From positions 1 to 64,000 of the forward strand of contig CAWBAN010000003.1 in NCBI GenBank assembly GCA_963786935.1: a DNA stretch of 64,000 nt. The letters are read 5' to 3'. The notes under the pieces are model-generated. The model was not told where the DNA came from, searched no databases, and saw only the letters and a program-made list of their open reading frames with translations. Position 1 is the first letter of the stretch. The number at the start of each line of letters is the position of its first letter. The stretch comes from an uncultured bacterium. GTDB taxonomy: Bacteria > Krumholzibacteriota > Krumholzibacteriia > Krumholzibacteriales > Krumholzibacteriaceae. A program made the position numbers and the translations under genes. This document shows positions 10,585 through 19,781 of the stretch, piece after piece.

Positions 10585-11555
10585 AGAAGCGAGCGCTGGT
10601 TTTTCTCGCGGCGGGCATAGGCGCGGCAATTTGGTGCGCGGCGGTCGGCCATGCCCTCGCGGGAGATACGGGAACGTACCGGATCGTGAGCTACCGCGTC
10701 GCGCTGACCCCCCGTTCGGACGGCACGGTCGCCATCGACTACTATCAGCGATGGCTCGTCACCGGCGGGCACATCCCGTGGATCACGGTGGGCACGCCGA
10801 ACGGGAATTTCGCCATCGCGGAATCGGGGGGAGCGGTGACCGTCGCCGAGTCCGCGAGCGGCGGCGGATGGAGCGGCGTGCGGCTCGATCTCGATCGAGA
10901 CTATCGGCAGGGGGAGAGCTTCGAGATTTCCTTCTCGATCGTCCAGCGGGGACTTTTCTATGCGGACGAAAAGAGCTACCAGCTCGACTTCACGCCGGGC
11001 TGGTATGACCGCGCTTCAACCGACACGCTGCGCGTCGCCGTCAAATTCTTCGCGAGCCTCGAGACCGTGAGCGCGAGCCCCGCGCCGTCTCTCGTCGAGG
11101 GGGACGAGATGATATGGAACGCGTACGGCCTCGATCCGGGCGAGCGATTCTCGCTGCGCATATCCTTCCCGCGCGAGCTCGTGCCGGCGGGGATGGATAA
11201 GCAGAACCTGAAGGGGGCCCCGGGGGGCGGAGCCGCCGCGAAAGGCATCATTGTCTTTATCGTCGTCGTGATCGTCGTTTTCATCATGATTCTGGCGATA
11301 CTCTCCGCGCGGGCGGGCTACTCCGGCGGAAGGATCTTCTACGGCGGCATCCCCGGCGGCCGCGCCGGGGGCGGAAGATCCGGGAGCCGGCGATCGGGGA
11401 GCGGCGGCGGCGGATTCGGCGGCGCCTCGATGTCGTGCGCCTGCGCGTGCGTGAGCTGCGCCTGTGCCTGCGCGTGCGCCGGCGGGGGCGGCGCGGGCTG
11501 CGCCCGGAAGCTCGAGCACACCTGCCCGGCCTGCGGGGGGAGGAAGGCGTCATGA
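10581..11555 (+). CDS. Single-pass membrane protein: signal peptide, DUF2207-like extracytoplasmic beta domain, TM helix, Gly-rich and (Cys-Ala)n C-terminal tail
   Basis: ATGA overlap with the rSAM stop; signal MKKRALVFLAAG...ALA; YRIVSYRVALTPRSDGTVAI resembles DUF2207 N-termini; TM GIIVFIVVVIVVFIMILAIL; tail GGGGFGGASMSCACACVSCACACACAGGGGAGCARKLEHTCPACGGRKAS. Confidence 0.85.
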   Translation: MKKRALVFLAAGIGAAIWCAAVGHALAGDTGTYRIVSYRVALTPRSDGTVAIDYYQRWLVTGGHIPWITVGTPNGNFAIAESGGAVTVAESASGGGWSGVRLDLDRDYRQGESFEISFSIVQRGLFYADEKSYQLDFTPGWYDRASTDTLRVAVKFFASLETVSASPAPSLVEGDEMIWNAYGLDPGERFSLRISFPRELVPAGMDKQNLKGAPGGGAAAKGIIVFIVVVIVVFIMILAILSARAGYSGGRIFYGGIPGGRAGGGRSGSRRSGSGGGGFGGASMSCACACVSCACACACAGGGGAGCARKLEHTCPACGGRKAS

Positions 11556-12118
11556 GGAGAATCGCGCTATGTCTCCTGCTCGTTCTGGCCCTCGCGGCGG
11601 CATGCGGGCAGAAGCCCGATCGCTACGACAAAAACGTTTCGGTGCCGAAAGGGGATCCTGCCTTCCCGCCGCTCGGGACATCGTGGGTGATCGACAAGGC
11701 GGGCGTTCTCTCGGCTCCCGCCATCGCCGAGGGGGACGCCGTCTGCCAGAAGCTCAAGACCGACGGCGTCGCCGAGGTCGTCGTCGTCGTGATCAACGGC
11801 GTCAAGCAGCCCGAGGATTGGGCCACTCATTACGGGCGCTGGCTCGGGCTCGGGAAAACGGGTCTGAGCACCGAGGGGGGAAACAACGGCCTCGTCTGGC
11901 TCGTGCGCCCCGACGCGCCGGAGAAGCTGACCGTCTCGGTCGGGCGGGGGCTGCCCGGCTTCACGACGGCCGATTACGGCCCGCTCATGGACGAGGCGCT
12001 CGAATATTTCAATTTCAACAACTACGATAAAGGCGTGACGACGCTGATCCTTCGGACGGATCAGGTCTTGCGATCGATACTGAACAGCGGAACCAGCGAG
12101 GAAAGGAGCGGAACATGA
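11552..12118 (+). CDS. TPM-domain (YgcG-like) lipoprotein
   Basis: ATGA overlap; lipobox LAAAC; WVIDKAGVLS, EVVVVVI, WLGLG..NNGLVWLV, VSVGRGL, YDKGV fit the TPM pattern. Confidence 0.85.
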   Translation: MRRIALCLLLVLALAAACGQKPDRYDKNVSVPKGDPAFPPLGTSWVIDKAGVLSAPAIAEGDAVCQKLKTDGVAEVVVVVINGVKQPEDWATHYGRWLGLGKTGLSTEGGNNGLVWLVRPDAPEKLTVSVGRGLPGFTTADYGPLMDEALEYFNFNNYDKGVTTLILRTDQVLRSILNSGTSEERSGT

Positions 12119-12738
12119 CGAAGAAGGCGATAGGCGTCGCGGTGGCATTGATCGTCATCGCAATCGTGGCGATATCCATCGTGTCGTCGGCCGTGGGCGT
12201 ATGGAACAAGCTCAACGCGAAGTTCCAGACGGTGGAGGGCGGCAAGTCGCACTACTCCGCCGCGCTCAACACCTGCACCGAGAAGATCAAGGGTGTCTGG
12301 GAGATAGCCAATCAGTACATGGAGCACGAATCGGAGACCTTTATCAAGGTCGCCGAGGCGCGCAGCGGCTACGACGCGGCGCGCGAGGCGTTCGAGAAGG
12401 CCGCCGCCGAGGGCAAGGACACCGAGGAGCTGACGAAAGCGGGGGCGGGCGTCGTGCAGGCCGCCATGGCGTTCAGGATCCAGGTCGAGGCGTATCCGCA
12501 GCTTCGCGCGGCCGAAACCTCGCAGGAGAACATGCGGAACATGGAAGCGTCGGTCAACGAGATCAAGACCGCACTCGACGACTGGGTCGTGACCATCAGG
12601 GACTACAACACGTATCGCGGATCCGCATGGCCGTCGATGCTCGGCGCCTTCATGAAGAAGTTCCCCGCGTCGATCAAGTACTACGAGGGAGAGGTTCAAA
12701 AGCTCGACGTGGACAAGCTGAATCCGGAGAAGCAGTAG
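12115..12738 (+). CDS. lemA: LemA family protein (divergent)
   Basis: ATGA overlap; N-terminal TM; WNKL, YMEHESET..VAEARS, VEAYPQLRA, IRDYNT. Confidence 0.85.
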   Translation: MTKKAIGVAVALIVIAIVAISIVSSAVGVWNKLNAKFQTVEGGKSHYSAALNTCTEKIKGVWEIANQYMEHESETFIKVAEARSGYDAAREAFEKAAAEGKDTEELTKAGAGVVQAAMAFRIQVEAYPQLRAAETSQENMRNMEASVNEIKTALDDWVVTIRDYNTYRGSAWPSMLGAFMKKFPASIKYYEGEVQKLDVDKLNPEKQ

Positions 12739-14037
12739 TTGAAATCGAGAATCGGGAGCGCGGGATTCCGGGGGGGCCTTCTGCTTTTGTTCCTGGCCCT
12801 CCCGGTGCTCGTTCTCGCGCAAGCGACGCAGGACCGTTCCTTCGGCGACCGCGCGATCAGAAACATCTTCGGGCGCTTCGACGCGCGGATCGCCGTCGGG
12901 CCCAAGAGCTGGGATTCGCGCTATTTCACCTGCGACTCGCGCGTGACGATCGTCGACGCGGCCACCGGGAGGGCGGCGACGCTCGCGACGGACAGCGCCC
13001 TGACATTCTACGATATCCGGGACGACGGCAGGGGGAGACTGATTCTCTACGCGGGAAACAGTCAGGGCGGCGTCTTTGAGGGCACCTACTATTTTCTCGG
13101 GGCCGACGGAATAACGACGAAGATCCCGATGGATATCGACGGGCACGACATGCTCGTCGAGGCCGACCGGGTCTATGTGATGAAGTACGTCCCGGAGAAG
13201 ACGCGCTTCAGGCGGAACCTTCATCTCGAGATTCGCCGGCTCGACGCCCGGCTCGAGAAGGCGGTCTGGTCCTGGAGCAGCAAGGGGCGTTTCGATCTCG
13301 ACGTCTCGACCTTCTCGAACAGTCAGTCCTTTCCCGACGAAAAGGAGAGCGTTCTCGAAACGGCGGCGAAGCGGGCGTTGATCTATCTCCTGTCGCCGTT
13401 CGACGTGAAATATCCCGTCCGATTCCCCCGGCTGGGCAGGCAGCTTCGCCTGCCGGCCAACGACTACATCCACGCCAATACGATCATCCGTGCGCCGAAC
13501 GGCAACCTCTGGATCTCCGCGAGGCATCAGGACGCCATCCTCGAGCTGAACGAGCGGAGCGACAGCGTCGTCGCGTGGATCGGCGGCACGTTCTCGCCCC
13601 GGAGCGATTGGCGGATCCTCGGAGACCCGCTCCGGGGATTTTCGCACCAGCACTGTCCGCAGCTGCGCGGCGACGAGCTCTACATTCTCGACAACGGCAA
13701 CCTGTTCGACAACCGCACGAGCCGCGTCGTCGTGTACCGGTGCGATTTCGAGCGAAGGACGCTCACCTTTCTCGCGGATTACCCGGAGCCGAACGGCCTG
13801 CACCGGCCCACGCAGGGGAGCGTGCGCGTGCTCGACGAAAACCATATTCTCGTGGGCTGGGGCGGCGTGCTGAGAAAGGACTCGGCCAAGCCCCAGCGCG
13901 GGGTGTCGATTTTCGAGCTGGATACCGGACGGGAGGTCTTCGGTTTCGATCTGGACGCCGGGCTCGACTCCTATAATGCGAACTCAATACAAAGCACCAA
14001 GACCCAAGGATTCACGCGCATCGCTTTTCCCTTGTAA
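12739..14037 (+). CDS. Secreted arylsulfate sulfotransferase (ASST)-like beta-propeller protein
   Basis: Signal-like LLLLFLALPVLVLA; DYIHANTI..GNLWISARH, FSHQHC, LDNGN, QGSV..ILVGWG. TTG start directly after the lemA stop with GGAG upstream. Confidence 0.75.
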   Translation: MKSRIGSAGFRGGLLLLFLALPVLVLAQATQDRSFGDRAIRNIFGRFDARIAVGPKSWDSRYFTCDSRVTIVDAATGRAATLATDSALTFYDIRDDGRGRLILYAGNSQGGVFEGTYYFLGADGITTKIPMDIDGHDMLVEADRVYVMKYVPEKTRFRRNLHLEIRRLDARLEKAVWSWSSKGRFDLDVSTFSNSQSFPDEKESVLETAAKRALIYLLSPFDVKYPVRFPRLGRQLRLPANDYIHANTIIRAPNGNLWISARHQDAILELNERSDSVVAWIGGTFSPRSDWRILGDPLRGFSHQHCPQLRGDELYILDNGNLFDNRTSRVVVYRCDFERRTLTFLADYPEPNGLHRPTQGSVRVLDENHILVGWGGVLRKDSAKPQRGVSIFELDTGREVFGFDLDAGLDSYNANSIQSTKTQGFTRIAFPL

Positions 14038-14060
14038 TTATCCGGTAACTGCCGTATAAT
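14032..14060 (+). promoter_or_regulatory. sigma70-like promoter TTGTAA-N17-TATAAT for the M6 protease gene
   Basis: Direct match in the AT-richer gap ahead of RBS aaggag and ATG 14205. Confidence 0.6.
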
Positions 14061-14204
14061 TAATCAGATGAAAGGTCAGTGTGCCTCATGACCGGGCGCC
14101 GCAATCGCGTCCGGGGGATTCATAGCAACGTGATCCGCTCGATACTCTCTCCCGTTCCCTTTCAGATCGAGTAGCGCAGTTCTGTCTCATCAAAGGAGTT
14201 GCTC

Positions 14205-17200
14205 ATGCATGCAGCATGGCGATCGGTTCGGACGAAACATGGAGCTCCGCGGGTTTCGGCGCTTCGGGGAACCCTGCTTCCGGCGATTCTCGTCGCCGTG
14301 CAGCTCTGCTGCTTCCTCGCGCTCTTCGCCGGCCAGGCGCACGCCGTGAAGGCCTGTCCGGAGCCGGTCGTCGTGACGCAGCCGGACGGCTCCGCGGTGA
14401 GGATCTACCTGAAGGGGGACGAGTATCTCCACTGGAACGAGGACGAGGCGGGATTCGCCGTCATGAAGGCCGCCGACGGGAAATCATGGGTCTACGCCCG
14501 CGAGGAGATGGGACGGCTCGCGGCGACGGACTATCTCGCGGGAAGCGTCGATCCGCGTTCCGTGGGGCTCTCGAAGCCGGATATCGCGAAGATGCGCGCG
14601 GCGATCCAGCAGATACCGTTGCTCCAGAAAAGCGTCGACGGCCCGCAGATGGCGCCCGCCGCGACCACGATGCGCAACCTCGTGGTCCTCGTCAACTTCT
14701 CGGATCTCGCGATCACGCGTTCGACCGCGGCGTACGACAGCTTATTCAATACGATCGGATACACATTCGACGGCGCCGTCGGCTCGGTGAAAGATTTCTA
14801 TCTCGAGGATTCCTACGGGAACCTCATCGTGCAGTCCTATGTGCAGGCCTCGGTGACGCTTGCTAACGGATACGCCTACTACGGGGGCAACGACGCCTAC
14901 GGAAACGATCTGAGACCGCGCCTAATGGTCTCACAGGCGCTCGCAGCCCTCGAGGCCCGCGGCTTTAACTTCGCGACGGTGGACGGGAACGGCGACGGTT
15001 GGGTCGACGGGCTCACGATCATTCATGCAGGCGGCGGCGAGGAGTATTCCGGGAACGACGCGAACTACATCTGGTCGCATCAGTGGCAGCTGACATCCCC
15101 TGTCACCTACGACGGCGTCAAGCTGCAGGTGTATCACACGGAGCCCGCCCGTAGAGGATGGGACGCTTATCCGACCACGCTGGGGATAACGAGGATCGGA
15201 GTCATCTGCCACGAGACGGGGCACTTCCTCGGGCTCCCCGACCTGTACGACTACGGCTACGACAGCGAGGGCGCCGGCAATTTCTGTCTCATGGCCGGCG
15301 GCTCCTGGAACGGGAGCTACGGCACGAAACCGGCGCATATGAGCGCCTGGTGCAAGAGCCGCCTCGGCTGGGTGACGCCGACGGTCATTACCGGAACCGG
15401 GTCGTTCAACGTCGCCACGGCGGCGACCACCGCGCAGAGCTACAAGCTGCGGGGACCGTTCCCGACCACGCAGTATTTCCTCGTCGAGAACCGGCAGGGG
15501 GTCGGATTCGATTCAGGGCTGCCGGGCACGCAGCGGGGACTCTTGATCTGGCACGTGGACGAGACCATGTCCAACAACAACGACCAGACGCACTACCTCG
15601 TGGATCTCGAGGAGGCGAGCGGCACGCAGCACCTCGCGACGAACGTGAACGGCGGAGACGACTTGGATTATTTCCGGCTGGGGACCATGACCTCCTTCGA
15701 CGCGACGACGACGCCCAATAACCTGAGCTACTCCGGCGTGGCGCTCGGTCTCAACATCGTCGGCGTGAGCGCGACCGGCTCGACGATGTCGTTCCTCGTC
15801 AATCCGATGCCGATCTCGCTCCTCACGCCCAACCCGGGCGAGGTGCTCGACGTCGGCGAGGTCTACCCGATCACGTGGTCGATCACCGGCACGCCCGATT
15901 CGGTCAGAATCATCCTGAGCATAAACAGCGGCGCGACTTATCCCTATACAGTCGTGACGGGTTTTACCGGCGCGACGTACTACAACTGGACGGTGCCGAA
16001 TCTGCCGGTAGCGACCGCGCGCCTGTGGATCATGGCGTACGTGAACGGGAGCGTCATCAGCTCCGACATCATGGAAGGCGACTTCACGATCAAAGGAAAG
16101 TACCGCTACGTTTCTCCCGCGGGAGGCGACATCTATCCGTACTCCCTGCCGGCATGGGCCGCGCACGGCATCAACGACGCGATCGGCGCGGCGGAGGACG
16201 GCGATTCGATCATGGTCGCGGCGTCGACCTACGCGACGGCGGTCGTCGTCGACAAGCCCGTATACCTGCAGGGCGGATGGAACGCCGCGTTCACCTCGCG
16301 GAATCCGCAGACGAACGTCACGACGATCCAATCCACCGGAAGCGTCGTCTCGTTCCTCTCGATCGCCTCGGGATCGCCGGGCATCGAGGGATTCGTGATC
16401 GTCGGCGGCACCGGCACCGAGCTCATGCTGCCTGATTTGGGCGCCTACGGAGGCGGAATACTCGTGAGCGCCAGCCCCGCCGTGATCAAGAACAACGTGA
16501 TCGCGGGCTGCGGATACGCGGGCATCACGGGGTTCAGCGGCGGCGGCGGGATCGCGGTCTCGAACGGGTCGGTCGCGATCTCCGGAAACGCGATCTCCGC
16601 GTGCGCCGCCCAGTGCGGCGGAGGCATCTATCTCTATCAGGCGACGGCGTCGATCATCGGGAACACGATCTCCGGATCGCAGCCGAACGCCGAGTACGCC
16701 GGCGCGAAGAACGGCGGCGGCATCTACGCGCGGCAATCCGCCGTCACGATGTCCGGCAACGTCATCTCCGGCAACACGGGCTACGTGGAGGGCGGGGGAA
16801 TATACGCGAAGCTGACGAATCCTCTCTCGATGTCGCGGGATTCCGTCTATTCGAACACCGTCTCCATGAACGGCGGCGGGATCTGCAGCGATCATTCGTT
16901 TATGTCGATCCATCACGCATATGTCGCCGGCAACGCCGCTTCCTCGATGGGAGGCGGCATCTACCACCGGGCCGGACTCTTCGATATGACCAGCTCCCTC
17001 GTCGCCGCGAACGAAACCGATGCGATCGCCGGCGGCGTCTACGCCGACAGCTGCTGGGGAGACTGGACGAACAACACGATCGATCGCAACACCGCGGCGT
17101 TCACCGGGGGCAACGTCTTTGCCGGCGCGGCGGGCGCGCTCGATGTGCGGAACAACATCGTGAGCTACGGCAGCCCCAACGGATTCCAGGCGTCGAGCGC

Positions 17201-18341
17201 GAGCAACATCGCGTTTCAGTACAACAACTGCTACGGCAACACGCCGGTCGACGTCGTGACGATCGTGCCCGACGCGACGAACGCGAGCAGGGATCCGGCG
17301 TACGCGGACACCGTGACGATGGATTATCATCTCGCCGTCCATTCGGGGAGCATCGACGCCGGCGATCCGGCCGGGTTCGATCCCGACGGATCGCGCGCGG
17401 ATCAGGGCGTGTTCGGCGGCCCGGACGCCGATTTCGCGGCGCCCGACTACACGCAGAGTCTCGCCGCCGTCGCGACGAACGACACGACGATCCAGCTCAC
17501 CTGGGGCGACATGCCGCCGGCGGGGCTCGATTACTTCGCCGTCTACGCGGATACAGCGGCGGGCTTCGTGCCCGGGCTCTCGAGCTTCATCGGGACGGTC
17601 GACGTGCCCCTGAATCTGTTCCTGCACCATCCGGTCGCCGGGTGCCTCTACTACCGCGTCTGTGTCGTGAACGACGCGGGATACGCGGGCGGGTATTCGA
17701 ACGAGGCCGGCGCGTGCGCCGCGGGCCCGGATCTCATACCGCCGACGGTCGCGGTCACGTATCCCGCCGGAGGGGAATCCTTCGCGCCGGGAGATACGAT
17801 CGGTATTCGATGGACGGCCACGGACAACAAGCAGGTCGATTCCGTGAGCGTCTTTTATTCCGTAAACGCGGGGCGGGACTTCGTGCTCATCGCGAGCGGC
17901 GAGCCGAACGATTCGCTGATTTGGTGGATCGTGCCGGAGATCGCGTCCGATTCGTGCCTCGTCCGGGTCGTCGCGTACGATCCGGGGAAGCTCACGGGTG
18001 AGGATGTCTGCGACGGCTACTTCTCCATACGTGCCGCGACCGGCGTCGACGATATGCCGGCGATCGCGTTCTCGCTCGCGCAGAACTATCCGAATCCGTT
18101 CAATCCGTCGACAACCATCGACTACTCGATCGCCCAGTCGAGCCCGGTGGAGATCGCGATATTCGACGTGAACGGGCGGAAGGTGAGAACCCTGGTCAGC
18201 GAGTTCAAGATGCAGGGGAATCACAAGGCGGTCTGGAACGGGAAGAACGAGAGAGGCGTCTCGGTCGCCTCCGGCGTTTATTTCTACCGTCTCACGGCCG
18301 GCAACTTCACGCAGATCAAGAAGATGATCCTGCTCCGATAG
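14205..18341 (+). CDS. Secreted M6 (immune inhibitor A-like) metalloprotease with Ig-like and parallel beta-helix domains and a FlgD-Ig/T9SS-CTD-like C-terminus
   Basis: TQPDG..GDE propeptide, CHETGHFLGLPDLYD, LMAGGSW, YFLVENR, GLLIWHVD; GGGI/N-ladder repeats; ends QNYPNPFNP...SGVYFYRL...KKMILLR. Confidence 0.92.
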   Translation: MHAAWRSVRTKHGAPRVSALRGTLLPAILVAVQLCCFLALFAGQAHAVKACPEPVVVTQPDGSAVRIYLKGDEYLHWNEDEAGFAVMKAADGKSWVYAREEMGRLAATDYLAGSVDPRSVGLSKPDIAKMRAAIQQIPLLQKSVDGPQMAPAATTMRNLVVLVNFSDLAITRSTAAYDSLFNTIGYTFDGAVGSVKDFYLEDSYGNLIVQSYVQASVTLANGYAYYGGNDAYGNDLRPRLMVSQALAALEARGFNFATVDGNGDGWVDGLTIIHAGGGEEYSGNDANYIWSHQWQLTSPVTYDGVKLQVYHTEPARRGWDAYPTTLGITRIGVICHETGHFLGLPDLYDYGYDSEGAGNFCLMAGGSWNGSYGTKPAHMSAWCKSRLGWVTPTVITGTGSFNVATAATTAQSYKLRGPFPTTQYFLVENRQGVGFDSGLPGTQRGLLIWHVDETMSNNNDQTHYLVDLEEASGTQHLATNVNGGDDLDYFRLGTMTSFDATTTPNNLSYSGVALGLNIVGVSATGSTMSFLVNPMPISLLTPNPGEVLDVGEVYPITWSITGTPDSVRIILSINSGATYPYTVVTGFTGATYYNWTVPNLPVATARLWIMAYVNGSVISSDIMEGDFTIKGKYRYVSPAGGDIYPYSLPAWAAHGINDAIGAAEDGDSIMVAASTYATAVVVDKPVYLQGGWNAAFTSRNPQTNVTTIQSTGSVVSFLSIASGSPGIEGFVIVGGTGTELMLPDLGAYGGGILVSASPAVIKNNVIAGCGYAGITGFSGGGGIAVSNGSVAISGNAISACAAQCGGGIYLYQATASIIGNTISGSQPNAEYAGAKNGGGIYARQSAVTMSGNVISGNTGYVEGGGIYAKLTNPLSMSRDSVYSNTVSMNGGGICSDHSFMSIHHAYVAGNAASSMGGGIYHRAGLFDMTSSLVAANETDAIAGGVYADSCWGDWTNNTIDRNTAAFTGGNVFAGAAGALDVRNNIVSYGSPNGFQASSASNIAFQYNNCYGNTPVDVVTIVPDATNASRDPAYADTVTMDYHLAVHSGSIDAGDPAGFDPDGSRADQGVFGGPDADFAAPDYTQSLAAVATNDTTIQLTWGDMPPAGLDYFAVYADTAAGFVPGLSSFIGTVDVPLNLFLHHPVAGCLYYRVCVVNDAGYAGGYSNEAGACAAGPDLIPPTVAVTYPAGGESFAPGDTIGIRWTATDNKQVDSVSVFYSVNAGRDFVLIASGEPNDSLIWWIVPEIASDSCLVRVVAYDPGKLTGEDVCDGYFSIRAATGVDDMPAIAFSLAQNYPNPFNPSTTIDYSIAQSSPVEIAIFDVNGRKVRTLVSEFKMQGNHKAVWNGKNERGVSVASGVYFYRLTAGNFTQIKKMILLR

Positions 18342-18391
18342 GCCCGGTCACTCGTGGGCGGTTTCGGTTCTGAATGTGCTGCTTCATAACG

Positions 18392-18425
18392 GATGGAGCC
18401 GCGTCCTCGCGGGCGCGGCTCCATC
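18392..18425. terminator. Strong hairpin between convergent genes
   Basis: gatggagccgcgtcc-tcgc-gggcgcggctccatc inverted repeat; no clear U-tract. Confidence 0.55.
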
Positions 18426-18456
18426 GCGGCTCTTCGTACGATCCTCCGGGGCTCTC

Positions 18457-19704
18457 TTACGGCTGCTTGTACACCCGCCACGTGAGTGCGGCCCACTCCT
18501 CACCCTTCATGGAGAGGCGAATGGTATTCTCGCCGATGTTCACGAGGCTGTCGGGTAGCTGAATGAGCTGTCGCTCGAATCTGTACGGTATCCAGATCGT
18601 GTCCGGGGGAGCGGGCCGTCGATAGGTGAAGACCATCTCGCCGTTGATCCATGCATCGGCTGAATCGACCACGCCGAAATCCGACATCGGCGGCTCCTCC
18701 ACCCAGAGATAGTACTTATAGACCACGGTGAGGGGCGACGGCGGATTGACGAATGTCGAATCGATTTCCAGCCCGAAACGAGAATGCAAGCTGGTTGTGA
18801 TCGGTCCGAAGAGATTCATGCCTGGCGGCGGGGTCAACGGGTAGAGGCCGAAATGCGCCCCGAGAAAATCCTGCACCTTCCCGTCGTTTCCCTTAACGAG
18901 GGTGACGAGGAGCGGATTCGGCGTGGTGATTCTCCACATATTCGGCCGCGGGGCGACGAACACCTTGTAGACGCCCTCCTTGAGCCCCGTGAACCGGTAT
19001 TCGCCTATCGAATCGGTCCGGACGATGAGCGTCACCATGTCGCCGTTCTCCAGCTTCTTCTCGAGGGCGACGGTGATTCCGGAGATGCCCGGCTCGCACC
19101 GGCACTCGCGGTCCCGCTCGCCGTTCTCGTTGGCGTCGAGGAAGACGACTCCGCCGATTGTCCCCGTGCCGCCCGGAGGTCCGATGTCGATGCGGAAGCC
19201 GATCGCGAACGAGCGAGCCGTGACCGTGTGGAACTTCATCGTGACGCGCCCGGTCCGCTCGCCGGGTGTGAGCGCGTTGTCGCCGCCGAGCTTCGCGCTG
19301 AAGTCGTAGAACGGGAAGCCGTCCGGCGATGATCCGTCGAAATCGACGACGGAAACGTCGTGCGGCGTGATGCTCGTGATGACGAAATGGATCGGCGGCG
19401 CGATCGTGCGCTGCGTGCGGTTCAGGATCTGCACATCGAAGGTCACGATGCCCAGCGTATCGTCGAATGCGACGTCCATCGCCCAGACTTCCAGCGTCCC
19501 CGGGCCGATCGTGCTGTCGGAGACCGCTCCGAGCAGGAAGGCGCCGGTCGCGCCCGGATCGATCGCTCCGGCGCCGCCGAGGCCGTTATTCACGGCCGGC
19601 CCGGGCGCCGTCGGGCTCTCGCAGCCGGAGAACGCGAGCGACAGAATCAGCGCGGCTAAAACAAGAATGAAAGGAGAAGCGAAGAATCGTTCGTGGTTGC
19701 GCAT
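18457..19704 (-). CDS. Lipoprotein with an SdrD B-like (Cna-type) domain
   Basis: Lipobox LAFSGC; IGGVVFLDANENG..D...EPGISGITV...TDSIGEYRFTGL..GVY..HFG. Start placed at MRNHERFF. Confidence 0.75.
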   Translation of the reverse strand: MRNHERFFASPFILVLAALILSLAFSGCESPTAPGPAVNNGLGGAGAIDPGATGAFLLGAVSDSTIGPGTLEVWAMDVAFDDTLGIVTFDVQILNRTQRTIAPPIHFVITSITPHDVSVVDFDGSSPDGFPFYDFSAKLGGDNALTPGERTGRVTMKFHTVTARSFAIGFRIDIGPPGGTGTIGGVVFLDANENGERDRECRCEPGISGITVALEKKLENGDMVTLIVRTDSIGEYRFTGLKEGVYKVFVAPRPNMWRITTPNPLLVTLVKGNDGKVQDFLGAHFGLYPLTPPPGMNLFGPITTSLHSRFGLEIDSTFVNPPSPLTVVYKYYLWVEEPPMSDFGVVDSADAWINGEMVFTYRRPAPPDTIWIPYRFERQLIQLPDSLVNIGENTIRLSMKGEEWAALTWRVYKQP

Positions 19705-19781
19705 GGCCTGCACCTCCCGAGGGAAAACTGAAGCGTTGGTGCTATTATTATAAGCGATTCGAACGGGCCGCGAAAGGGCAT

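Noticed and set aside
6675..11555. Thiazole/oxazole (TOMM) cluster made of SagB plus the Cys-rich tail
   Set aside because: No YcaO or E1-like cyclodehydratase in the window; the SagB protein appears exported and is on the opposite strand.
12736..12741. lemA and the ASST-like ORF are in the same frame separated by a single TAG (possible readthrough or pyrrolysine)
   Set aside because: The downstream ORF has its own GGAG RBS, TTG start and signal peptide; LemA is already full length; no pyl genes are seen.
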